DNA of 64,000 nucleotides, taken from assembly GCA_051313645.2 (NCBI GenBank), contig JBNRSN020000003.1:155248001-155312000 (forward strand). Direction: 5' to 3'. The position numbers and the translations under genes were made by a program. Numbering within the stretch: position 1 is the first letter of the stretch; each line of letters starts with the position of its first letter. Below the pieces are notes generated by a model. It worked only from the letters and a program-made list of their open reading frames with translations. It made no database searches and was not told the DNA's origin. Below, piece after piece: positions 50,314 to 62,142 of this stretch. This DNA comes from Centroscyllium fabricii. Taxonomy: Eukaryota.

Positions 50314-51061
50314 TAGTAATAGGCTGGATGTGTAACTTGAAATCCTGATTTTACTGCTCCTAATTTTTAATAATTTCAGAGATTTTCCCTTATTTCTTGC
50401 AAGCTATTGTGGATAAGTACAGGCATACCTTATTGTCAAATCTGATTTACGTTGTTTAAAAATGTTGATTAATTTTCCTCCTCCCTCCCCACTTCATGGA
50501 GCCACTAATTCCCCGCTGCCCCCTCTCTCTTTCGCTTTACGTTGGCATTGGTCATTCCCTTCCCCGATCCCATTCACTGAGCCATACCAGCTGCCTTTCT
50601 GTGTTGCTCCTGTGGAAAATTGAAAGCTGCTGCACAATGCAAGCAGGAATTCCTGATTTCACAGCACTGAGATCAGGAATTCCCACCCACAAAACAGCAT
50701 TGTTCCATCCCTAAGAGCACCAGCAGCTTCAGGTAACAATTTTTGTGGATATCTGGCCGGAATTTTGCAGTGGAAATGACTAGTTGTAACTGGTTTGCCC
50801 TTTCTGAGAACGGACCTAGTTGCACTTCTACAGCTGAAAGCTTTTTGGATGCCTGGCTGACTTTTTCCTCTCTAGACCAGGACTGCTGAGAGCAATAACG
50901 TGTTACTAATATCCTGGTTGAGAACTCTTGCTTTATTAAAAAAAATTGTTTGTATTTTTTTTAATGGACATGTTTAATGTTAGCCATGTAATTGAAATAA
51001 TATATCACATTTGTTATTGTAATAAATGTTAATGGCTACTCTAAATATAACCTTGATGTAG

Positions 51062-51194
51062 CATGAAAAGGCTAGCACTCCTGTGATGAAATCCAGTACC
51101 CCAACGCCACGAGGTGATGTGCAAACTCCAGGCACAAGTGCTACTTCAGGACTGCGTCCAGGCCTCTGCAAACCTCCAGGGATGGACCCATTAG
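51062..51194 (+). CDS. TLE1: TLE1 exon, SP domain
   Basis: tgtag| and G|gtaacc; [44 protein letters not shown] plus 1 nt; phase matches the next exon. Confidence 0.9.
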
Positions 51195-51514
51195 GTAACC
51201 AATCTGTAATCTATGGTGGTTTGTTTATAAATGATAAAACATCTGATAAGATGACACTTCAATTTTTAGAGTAGTCATGTTGGTATTCAAAGACCAATTT
51301 GAAAAGGCAAAACTGCAAATCTACAGATTTGTCATGTTAATTTAAATTGTCAGCACTTTAAGCACATTTGGTAGTTCTGTATTTCACAAAAGCTATTCTA
51401 CTTTTGTGATTAGTTGCAAACTGTACTGAAAAGATAATCATAGTGTAAATGTGTCTTTGAATCTGAAGCATGATCCATATTGGGTAAAATAAAGTAAACT
51501 TTTCTTTTTTACAG

Positions 51515-51699
51515 CCTCAGGATTAAGGGCACCCTTGGCAGTGCCAGGACCTTATCCTTCACCTTTTGGGATAGTGCCTCATTCTGGCATAAATGGAGAC
51601 CTGAACAGCCCAGGAGGTTATCCAGGCTTGCATAACATCTCACCTCAGATGAGTGCTGCGGCAGCAGCAGCAGTAGTTGCCTATGCACGACCCCCTATG
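51515..51699 (+). CDS. TLE1: TLE1 exon, SP domain with poly-Ala
   Basis: ttttacag| and |gtaagc; (A)SGLRAPLAVPGPYPSPFGIVPHSGINGDLNSPGGYPGLHNISPQMSAAAAAAVVAYARPPM. Confidence 0.95.
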
Positions 51700-52044
51700 G
51701 TAAGCCACGTACTACACACATTCATAAAGTTAGTTCTCTTCATTAATAAAAAAAGGCAAATAAGATACTAGGTAGCAATAGTAGAGGAACAGACTACAAA
51801 TCAACAGGTTGTATTCTTGTAAGATGTTTGTCAGATCCCACTTGGAATACTGTGCAATTTTGGTCACCAAATCACACGAAGACTATTGCCATTAAAAAGA
51901 TTTAGAGGTGAGCACCAAAAGCGATTCTGGGCAGTGTGAACTTTAGTAATGAGGAAATGTTGAGGATATTGGCAATGTTTCCTTTGGAAAAATGTAGACT
52001 TCAAGGTGGGCTGAGTGAAGTTTTTAAGATTATGAAAGATATTG

Positions 52045-52770
52045 CTAAACAACAATAACAACTTGCAATTATATAGCACTGTTAACATAGAAAAAAGGCA
52101 CTTCACACGGGTGTAAGAAGACAAAAATGTCCGACAAGCCAAAGAAGGAGTCGTTAAGCGGGGGTGACCAAAAGCTTTGGGAATGAGGTGGATTTTAAGG
52201 AGGGTCTTAAAGGAGGAGAGGGTGATGGAGAGGCGGAGGGATTTAGGGAGGGAAATTGAATGTTGGGCCCAGGCAGCTGAAGGCACAGCGGTCGATGGAG
52301 CAAGGGAAGGAGGGATGCTCAACAGGCCAACGTCAGAGAAACAAAGTGTTCTTGGAGGTGTTATGGGATTGGAGAATGTGACAGAAAAAGCGAGAGACAA
52401 GTCCACAAAGGGATTTAAACACAAGGAGGAGAATTTTAAATTGGAGGTGTTGGAGAACCAGTGAAGATCAGCAAGAACAGAAGTGATGGGTGAGACCAAC
52501 TTGGTGCAGGATAGAATATATGCAGCATAGTTTTAGATGAACTGAAGTTCAGAGTGTGGAGGATGGGAAGCTGGCTAGGGGAACATTGGAATAGTCAAAT
52601 CTGGAGGTGACGAAGGCATGGATGAGAGTTTCAGCAGCTGATTGGCTGAGGCGGATGGTGTTACGAAGGTTGAAGTAGATAATGCTTTGTGATAGATAGG
52701 ACTTGGGGTCAAAAGCTCAGCTCAGTGTCAAATAGGGTTGTGAACAGTTTGGTTGAATCTGAGACAGGGA
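52045..52770 (-). mobile_element. L2 LINE 3' fragment (approximate)
   Basis: HAFVTSRFDYSN and PITSVLADLHW motifs with an L2 tail. Confidence 0.78.
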
Positions 52771-52801
52771 GGGGTTGAAACCTTACTGAATCTGGAGATT
52801 T

Positions 52802-53365
52802 GGGCCTCGATATTTGCGGGGAGGGAGCAGTGGAGCGCGTTTGTAGGGGGGAAATCTCGAACTTCCTGCCAAATGTAATGGCACGACCTCATTATCATTT
52901 TTAAAAATTCCATTTCCCAGCGGTAGTCGGCCAGCCTGACACCCTGCTGGTCAGGAAAGCCTGCGACAGAACCCGACGGTCCCCAGCAATCGGGAAATGG
53001 TTGGGGGTGGGAGATCGGAGCACGGCAATCAGGAGGAAAGCAAGGAACAGGGCTTGGTGGGGGTGGGGGAAAACCTTGCGCGTTTAGATGGGGGTGCCAG
53101 CTAACAAAGGCAGCGATCGGCAGAAGATTTGCTTATGAGGCCTGGGGAAATGCTCCTGCTTTTCCTGGCTCGCAAGCACTTCAATAAAAGGCACTTAACC
53201 TACTTGATCCGGCAGCTCCCATTTCCATTTTGCTGCCGGGAAACCGGGCCGGCCATTGTTATATTATTATATTGAATGCAGACATGGTGTGCAATTGGCT
53301 GTCATAAAAATGTCAGCAGCTCGTACGCAGCCATTTAGGGTCGCACTTTGCCATTTTTAATTTTA
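52802..53365. mobile_element. Truncated Harbinger-like non-autonomous element (approximate bounds)
   Basis: Begins GGGCCTCGATATT and shares AAGGCACTTA.CCT and GGAAACC.GGC motifs with the 45440-46168 element. Confidence 0.4.
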
Positions 53366-53368
53366 GCG

Positions 53369-53765
53369 AAACATAGAAGATAGGAGCAGGAGTAGGCCAC
53401 TCGGCCCCTCGAGCCTGCTCCACCATTCAACGCGATCATGGCTGATCATCCAGACCCAGAACCCCACCCCTACCCCCTCCCCACATCCCTCGATCCCCAT
53501 CGAGCCTGCACCGACACACATCCCACCCTATCCCCGTAACCCCACATATTCAATCCCCCTAACACTAAGGGTCAATTTATCCTGGCCAATCAACCTAACC
53601 CGCACATCTTTGGACTGTGGGAGGAAACCGGAGCACCCGGAGGAAACCCACGCAGACATGGGGAGAATGTGCAAACTCCACACAGATAGTACCCGAGGCT
53701 GGATTTGAACCCGGGTCTCCAGTGCTGTGAGGCAACAGTGCTAACCACTACGCAACCCGCTCCCA
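53369..53765 (-). mobile_element. HE1/V-SINE with CR1 3' tail
   Basis: Near-identical to 36949-37345. Confidence 0.85.
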
Positions 53766-54036
53766 CCCGTTGTGGGTGGATCAATATTGACCCCTTGGTG
53801 TTTGGATTTTTTTGGATGGCAGTGTGAGAGGTGGAGGAGAAAGTAGGGCACACATATATGTACTGTAGTTATGAACATATTTGTCTTGTTTCATGGTGCT
53901 GTTTTTAAGATTTCGAGCAAGTTATTTCCATAATTGTAAAATTATTGATGTAACCATTTTCAGGTAGCTGAAATCTGATTGATCGAAGACTAGATAGCTG
54001 CCAAAATGCTTGTACTATTTAAATAAATATTAAATG

Positions 54037-54326
54037 CAAGTACACAATCCCTTAACCGCACATCCGACATCCCGAGTTGCGCCAAAACTGACCCGTTTTG
54101 AAAGCCAATTCAATATAATCCAGTGTTAAAAGTAAAAATAACAAGAAAGTAGAGCTTACCAATTTATTTTTTTAAATGGACCCGCGGGCCCAATTCCTCC
54201 CCGAGTCCACAATCTCCTACCGTTTCAGCCTGTGATCTGCGCATGCGCACTGGGCACCATCCGAAAACCGAAAAATCCCGAGACCCGTCCGGTCCCACAG
54301 GTTTCGGATAAGGGATTCTGTACCTG
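54037..54326. mobile_element. Tigger-like MITE, older
   Basis: Imperfect TIR CAAGTACACAATCCCTTAACCG / CGGATAAGGGATTCTGTACCTG|TA; contains GATCTGCGCATGCGCA. Confidence 0.7.
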
Positions 54327-55371
54327 TATTACTGTTACTGCAACTTTGTGTAAAAATAAGACTGGTAGGATCTTCAGAAAGTTGTATCACAAGTCTCAAA
54401 TTCAGAATAAGGTAAAGGAAAAACAAACCTGAATGAGACAAGAATTAAAGCAAACCCAAAGGCTTTTTTTTAATGAAGAGCGCCAGTTCTTGGCAGTGAT
54501 GCTACCTATGGAAACCAAATCAGTTTTATTTCCCCTCTTGTTAAAGTCTGCATTAAAGACCTGCATTAACACAAAATAACAGAATAGTTACAATCTGAAT
54601 AACAGATGATTCGACTTGGTCATAACTCCTCTTGCAATTGTAAAGTTCTTACTAGGCCAAGAAAGACATAGTTTTGTTACCCTGACTGATCCCCCCCCAA
54701 AAAATTTTACTTTTCAATATACAATGAGTTTGTAGTTGCGAAACGATAATGACGGAAATGATAAAATGGCATTTAGCCCAGTCATGATGTCATTGTTAAA
54801 ATGGTCTGTCCCCACATTTAGATTCCCATGAAATGCTTGAGACTGGTTCCTGTTGTGTACTTTTAGAGTGGAATGAATGCATGTGCACATGCTATTTTTT
54901 CCTCCTGACATTTATCTTAGCCACATCCAGTTTCTAATGACATTGCCGTTAAAATTAAGTTTGTATCTAACATTCAAAGGCTCAGCAACCAATATTTTAT
55001 AAAATTGATCATTTGGAAAGCTTAGCCATGAAATCCTTGGCCCTCAATGGGCCTGGCTGTTAGATATGCTAAAGTTAATTTACACTCTAATTTTAACATC
55101 ACTGTGGAGAGGTATAAAGCTAAAGTTGCGGTGTAAATCCAGATTGGGACCCACACTCACTACAGAGAGTAAAAGAGTGCAGAAGGAGTAGTCTTGATAA
55201 GTTTCAATACTGTTTGGAGTTCAACTCCAGTATGGTGACACACTGGGTTTAGAAAGTATCAGGATGTCACTTTTATAAGCCTATCTATTGTTGATTTATA
55301 TGTTTAGAGTTTGGACATTGCTGCCCACACTCTAAATATTTAAATTTAAACCTGGGGTAAGGAGCTCTGTG

Positions 55372-55848
55372 CATAGAACATAGAACATACAGCACTGTAC
55401 AGGCCCTTGGGCCCTCAATGTAGTGCCGCCCCTAGTCCATCTCTGATTTTTCCTGTCCCCCCTACTGTTCCTTCCCCTCCATGTACCTGTCTATCATCCT
55501 TTTAAAAGCACCCAGACTGTCCGCATCCACTATTTCAGATGGTAGCCTATTCCATTCCCCGACCACTCTCTGTGTAAAGAACCTGCCCCTGCCATCCCTT
55601 CTGAATCTTCCTCCTTGAATCTTGTGCTCGTGTCCTCTTGTTGACGTTCTTCCCGCCCGGGGAAACAGTCTTTGCACGTTTACTCTATCGATCCCCTTCA
55701 TCATTTTAAACATCTCTATCAAGTCCCCCCTCTTCCTTCTCCGTTCCAGGGAGAAGAGTCCCAGCTCCCTCAACCTCTCCTCGTATGACTTTCCTCCCAT
55801 TCCCGGCAGCATCCTGGTGAATCTCCTCTGCACCCTCTCCAGCGCCAT
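55372..55848 (-). mobile_element. CR1 LINE 3' fragment
   Basis: ALERVQRRFTRMLPG..YEERLRELGLFSLERRR.RGDLIE; TGTTCTA tail repeats. Confidence 0.9.
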
Positions 55849-57775
55849 GTATGCTTACATGTATGTGTCAAACACTGTCCTGGGCAGGAACATTGGAGTT
55901 CCAGCCAGGCAGTGTAAACCGGCTGAAACCTGTAATGCAATATAAATGAAAAGGTTTAAGATGAATGAGAAAGATGGGAGGAGGAAAAATGAACTGCAGA
56001 TTCCTTTTGAAAACTGCATAATCACTTAATGTTGTTCAGGATTTAATTGTATTGTTTTTGCCATTTATAAAAATAAATCTATAAAATGAAATCCGCGAAT
56101 CCCCAATGAATATTTGGCAGGTTTAATGTTTTAATCTTAAGGCTTTCTTGGCTAGACATTTTAATAGTAATAAACAGGAACACTAGCCAGTGAAGCATTA
56201 CTAGTAAAGAAATTCCAGACACAAAACTTACAAGGAAAAGAAATAAAACTTCTTGGCGATAGTACAGCAGTGTATTAAAAATCTTTAGCACTTTGATATG
56301 GGCTTTTATTTTAACAATGATCATGAAATGAATTACACAGCAATTTAAAAGTAATAAAACGCTTCTCATAAATGCGTACTCTTCAAAATGACAAAAACTC
56401 AATGCAGATGAAATATTACTTGCAAAGATTAAATTCCCACTCAATAAAAAGTGGGAGTGAATTTCCTCGGCGCTTCTCCCATTCCACCTTGTTTATGTGT
56501 GTAACAAGGTTGCTGCTGATGTTGTGGTGGATTGAGAGAATTGTTGAGGATATTCACTGAGGAGTGTAGCTATTGTTTTGCTACAATGAGCGTGTCTTCA
56601 ATGTTAAAACAAACATTAAAATGTGACTCCTTTAATCTATGGAGAAAGAATTTGAGAACGTTCTTCTTCACCGCACCTCCCCCTCCCCCGACACCTACCA
56701 CTCCACCCGCAAGTAACCTTTCCCCAGCACTTCCCTTCTCTGATGCTGCCATCATTAAGGTTGCGAAATATCTGATATATAAGGACTTGGGCAGGACTGA
56801 GCTCTGTTACTAAATGGTTCAGGTTAAAGCTGCAGTGTCCAATTATTTTCTTTCCATAGGTATGATCTAAAGGGGAATATTTTGAATAAATTCATCATAA
56901 GCTCATCAGCCTGAATTGTTGAGTGTGTCCATCATTTTTAGTTTTTAATTCAGATTTGTAGTATCCACAGTACTTTGCTTTAGTAATATTCTCAACTTGT
57001 GTTCTTGGTCCATTATGCAAAACTTATAAGGGCCATAACAAACTAACATTGTCCTTCCTCTACATCCCCTAATGGACATCATTCAAAAATACTTTTAAAA
57101 CTGCTATTTTTTTTACTGAGCTAGATTTAAACATGCTCATTAGGATTTCATTGAGTGGTTATGGTTACTTATTTGAATGTAAATCTAGAGATAAAACACA
57201 CACTTGTAATTTAATCCTTTTTTCCTGAGGTGATCATTATTTCCATGGTCCTTAATTACTGCAACTACTTTCTCAAGGGTAACTTTCTGTATAATAAATT
57301 AAAATTATGGATGGTGTGGTCTTAAATGAACTTTGGTCTTGATATATTGATAGGATGTCAAACCAGTGATTCCATTGTGTTGGTTATGTCATCAATGCTG
57401 GTTGAGATGTATTTACATTTCTTGCCAACCTCCTGACTGCCAGTTTTCTCTCTGTGGTAACCGTTCTGTTCCACTGTATTCCACAGTTGTTCCTATGTAT
57501 TGCCATGACTGATTGTGGGCTGTGCTGATGTTAAGCACAGCCCAGTTTACTGTAATCTTGTTGGGAGCCAGGTCAGCCACACCCCCGACTCCTCCCCTTG
57601 TGGGGCTCTATATAGGTGTGGTCTGACCGGGGCTCCACCCAGTTCTGTACAGTTATTCGTTGGGAGAGTACCTCCATTATTTAGCAATTAAAAGCCTTTT
57701 AGTTTCGGTATATACTTGTCGCCTTTAATTGGAGTAATCGACAACATTACAATTTTAATTGCTAAAATATTTTAA

Positions 57776-60700
57776 ATGGATAGCAGCACGGTAAAGCCTG
57801 AGAAGCTGGACGTCAGTCCCCAGGACGCCGCTGCGCCTGCTACTTTCAAACACTGGTTCGGCCTACTGGAGGCCTACACAGAAGCCGCCAAGGCTACTAC
57901 GGACAAGGACAAGCTACATGTCCTGAGATCCAGAATCTCTAGCAGGGTATTCACCCTCGTCATGGACGCTTCGACCTACGCAAAGACCGTGGAGATCCTC
58001 AAAAAATGCTACGAGCGCCCGGTCCACTCTGTTTACGCCCGACATGTGCTGGCGACCCGATCACAGCTACCGGGTGAGTCAAACGAGGAGTTCGAGCAAG
58101 CGCTCCTGGCCCTGGTACGGGCCTGTGGCTGCAAAGGCACAACGGTTGCACAGGAGGAAGAACTTCTCGTTCGGGACGCATATGTCACAGGTCTGAGGTG
58201 CGTAGAAGCCCGTCAGAGGCTGCTTGAGAGAGACAATTTGACCCTCGAGGAGGCGACCACGTTAGCCAAATCGGTAGAGGGGGCCCGTAGCAAGTTACAG
58301 GCGTACAGCGGCACAAACCCGCAAGCCTACAACGTATGGGCCGCGCCACAACAGGCCCAAGCCTGGGCGCCACGGGCCGAGGCCCCCACGATGGCCGCAA
58401 CGGCCACTAAAGACATTAACAATAAGCACTGCTACTTCTGCGGCCAAGGACTGCACCCTAGAGCGAAATGCCCAGCCAAGGCAGCGACCTGTGTTAGATG
58501 TTCAAAGAAGGGGCACTTCGCTAAGGTCTGCAAGTCAGCTCCAGCAGTATCTCCACCAGCGCCTAGCAGAAGGTACAACAGTGCAGCCTGCACCGACCAG
58601 GTAAGATGCATTAGCAGCGCGATCCAGCGACGGTACGGGGGTAGACAACGAGCGACCCCACCCCCCACCCCTTCTTACCTGATGCAGAGAAGGCCGGCCA
58701 AGCGTGACCCCCCAACGCGGCCGGCTGCGTGTGAATCACGGGCACCGCCAACCCGATCACCGCGGTCCGCTGCGTGCGAATCACGGGCGCCGCCAGCGCG
58801 TTCACAGGGCCAGAGCTCCTCCACGTGCGGGGCAGAGACGACGCCATCTTTTGTTCGTGGTCCCACGGGCTGCGGAACAGGGGTGGTGTCTCCTAATACC
58901 AAGGGCTCCTCCACGTGCGGGGCAGGGACAAAGTCATCCGATGTACGGGGTTCCACGAGCTGCGGGCCAGGGGTGATGTCTCCTAACACAAAGGGATCCT
59001 CCACATGCGGGGCAGGGACAAAGTCATCCGATGTACGGGGTTTCCCGAGCTGCGGGCCAGGGGTGATGTCTCCTAACACAAAGGGATCCTCCACATGCGG
59101 GGCAGGGACAAAGTCATCCGATGTATGGGGTTTCCCGAGCTGCGGGCCAGGGGTGATGTTTTATAATAACAAGGGCTTCTCCATGTGCGGGGCAGGGATG
59201 ACGTCATCAGATGTACGGGGTTCCACAAGCTGCGGGGCAGGGGCGGCGCCATTTTGTACCGAGTGCCCCTCACAGTGCGGGGCAGGGGCGGCGCCATTTT
59301 GTTTTGGGGCAATGCCATCTTGTGCACAGCCCCGACCAGCAGGGGCTGCTGCAGCTAAAATTAGAGTTAGCCAGGACAAGCCTCATACCCTGTCTAACTC
59401 GATAATTCCCATTAAGATCAACAACTATACTATTGATTGTCTTTTTGACACAGGCAGCACTGAGAGTTTCGTACACCCCGATACAGTGCGGCGCTGCGGA
59501 CTGCAGATCCTGCCCACCAACTACCAAATCTCCCTAGCTTCACAGTCCCACACCGCGGACGTCACCGGCTACTGCTCCGTCACGCTCACCGTCAAGGGGC
59601 GCGTGTACCGTAATTTTAGATTGTATACCCTCCAACAGTTGTGTGCCCCAGCCTTACTAGGTTTGGATTTCCAGTGCCACTTCCAGAGTGTGACAGTGGA
59701 GTTCGGTGGGACCTTACCCTCCCTTACCGTCAGTAGCCGGGACGATTCCCCCCCAAAGCGGAGCCCGGCCTGCGGCCTCTCCACCCTGAGAATCGACCCC
59801 CCCTCGCTGTTCGCCAACCTCGATCCGAAGTGCAAGCCCATTGCCACTAAGAGTCGGCGGTACAGTGAGGGGGATCGCACGTTTATCAGGTCGGAGGTCG
59901 GGCGGATGCTAAAGGAGGGAATAATTGAAGCCAGCACCAGCCCCTGGCGCGCCCAAGTTGTGGTGAAGTCTGGCGAGAAACAACAGCTGGTGATCGATTA
60001 CAGCCAGACTATCAACCGCTACACCGGGCTCGACGCCTACCCCCTCCCCCGCATCTCAGACATGGTCAATCAGATCGCCCAGTACAAGGTGTTCTCTACG
60101 ATCGACCTTAAATCGGCGTATCATCAGCTCCCGATTCGGAAAGCCGACCGCCCCTACACCGCCTTTGAGGCGAACGGTCGGCTCTACTCCGGGTCCCCTT
60201 TGGCGTGACCAATGGAGTGTCCGTGTTCCAGCGGGAGATGCACCGTATGGTTGACCAGAATGACTTGCAGGCCACCTTCCCCTACCTGGACAACGTGACC
60301 ATCTGCGGCCACGACCAGCAGGACCACGATGCCAATCTGGCCAAATTCCTCGCCACGGCGGACAAGCTGGACCTCACGTATAACAAAGACAAATGTGTCT
60401 TTAATACAACCCGGCTCGCCATCCTCGGATACGTGGTGGAGAACGGGCTCCTCGGCCCCGACCCACAGCGTATGCGACCCCTGCAAGAACTGCCCCTACC
60501 TCACAACCCCAAAGCCTTGAGGAGATGCCTAGGATTTTTCTCCTACTACGCACAATGGGTCCCACAGTTCGCGGACAAGGCTAGACCACTTCTCAAGGCT
60601 GCCGCCTTTCCCCTTTCTGCAGAAGCCCAGACGGCTTTTGCAAAGATAAAGGAAGACATCGTCAAGGCGACCATGCTCGCTGTTGATGAATCCATTCCCT

Positions 60701-62142
60701 TCCAGGTGGAGAGCGATGCTTCGGACTTTGCCCTTGCTGCCACCCTGAATCAGGCGGGCAGGCCCGTAGCGTTTTTCTCCCGCACCCTACAGGGACCCGA
60801 GACTCGCCACTCTGCAGTGGAAAAGGAGGCTCAGGCCATCGTGGAGGCCGTGCGCTACTGGCGTCATTACCTGGCCGGTAAGTGTTTTACCCTGCTCACC
60901 GACCAACGGTCGGTGGCGTTTATGTTTAATAATAAACTACGGGGTAAGATCAAGAATGATAAGATCCTGCGGTGGCGGATCGAACTCTCGACTTACGAGT
61001 ACGACATTCTTTACCGACCAGGTAAACTCAATGAACCCCCGGACGCACTATCCAGGGGAACGTGCGCCAGTGCCCAGCTAGACCGGCTGAAGGATCTCCA
61101 CGACCGCCTTTGTCACCCGGGTGTCACCAGACTCGCCCATTTCGTCAAATCCCGTAGCCTCCCCTACTCCATCACGGAGATCAAGGATATAACCCGAGAG
61201 TGCCCTGTCTGTGCCGAGTGCAAACCCCACTTTTTCCGGCCAGACACGACGCACCTCATCAAGGCCACCCGCCCCTTTGAACGTCTCAGCGTAGACTTCA
61301 AAGGCCCCCTCCCCTCCACCGACCGCAACTCATACTTCCTCACGGTAGTGGATGAGTTCTCCCGCTTCCCCTTCGCTTTCCCCTGCGCAGATATGATGAG
61401 CGCAACGGTGATAAAACACTTCACCACGCTGTTCGCCATTTTCGGTCTCCCCGGCTACATCCATAGCGACCGGGGGTCATCGTTCATGAGCGATGAACTG
61501 CGCCAGTTCCTGCTCCAGAGAGGGGTTGCCACGAGCAGAACGACCAGTTATAACCCCCGGGGGAACGGCCAGGTAGAAAGGGAGAATGGGATCATCTGGA
61601 AGGCGGTCACCCTGGCTCTCAAGTCCAGAGGCCTTCCAGTGTCCCATTGGCAGGCAGTCCTCCCAGACGCGCTGCACTCTATCCGGTCACTGTTGTGTAC
61701 AGCTACTAACGCGACTCCGCATGATCTCATTTTTTCGTTCCACAGGAGGTCTACTTCGGGAACAGCCCTTCCCCCATGGCTGACGACTCCGGGGCCAGTT
61801 TTACTTAGAAGGCATGTCCGGAGCCACAAGACGGACCCCCTGGTGGACAAGGTACAGCTACTACACGCCAACCCGCACTACGCCTTCGTGCAGTTCCCAG
61901 ATGGGCGTGAGGACACCGTGTCCATCAGGGACCTGGCCCCGGCCGGAAACACCACGACAGCACCCTCCGCCGGCCACCAAGTTGTTCACCCACCAGACAC
62001 AGGATTGCCCCCAAGTTCCCCTGACTGCGACCCCACGAGCACACCGCCACCGGAAGTCACAGCGCCGGCAGAGGCGGACTATTCAATCATGGAGGCATCA
62101 CCTCCAACACCGGTGCACCGACAGTCCTCCAGGAAGAAATGA
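57776..62142 (+). pseudogene. gag-pol polyprotein of the Mag-like element, frameshift at about 60188
   Basis: ORF 57776-60208 (CYFCGQGLHPRAKC and CVRCSKKGHFAKVC knuckles, LFDTGS protease, YPLPRI, DLKSAYHQ) joins ORF 60205-62142 (YLDN, SDASD RNase H, HHCC, DFKGP, SDRG integrase). LRVPFGVTNG lies in the second frame right after GRLY, implying a small deletion. Confidence 0.88.
58817..59305 (+). repeat. In-frame 90-bp coding minisatellite between Gag zinc knuckles and protease
   Basis: Unit starts at 58817, 58907, 58997, 59087 and 59177; peptide SSTCGAGTKSSDVRG(ST/FP)SCGPGVMSPNTKG. Confidence 0.92.

Noticed and set aside
11112-51699. Assignment to TLE4 or TLE3
   Set aside because: [41 protein letters not shown] and AVVAY match recalled TLE1 rather than its paralogues.
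60184-60208. Possible programmed ribosomal frameshift between the two Mag-like ORFs
   Set aside because: The break falls inside RT, conserved residues between GRLY and LRVPFG are missing, and there is no slippery site; it is a deletion or assembly error.
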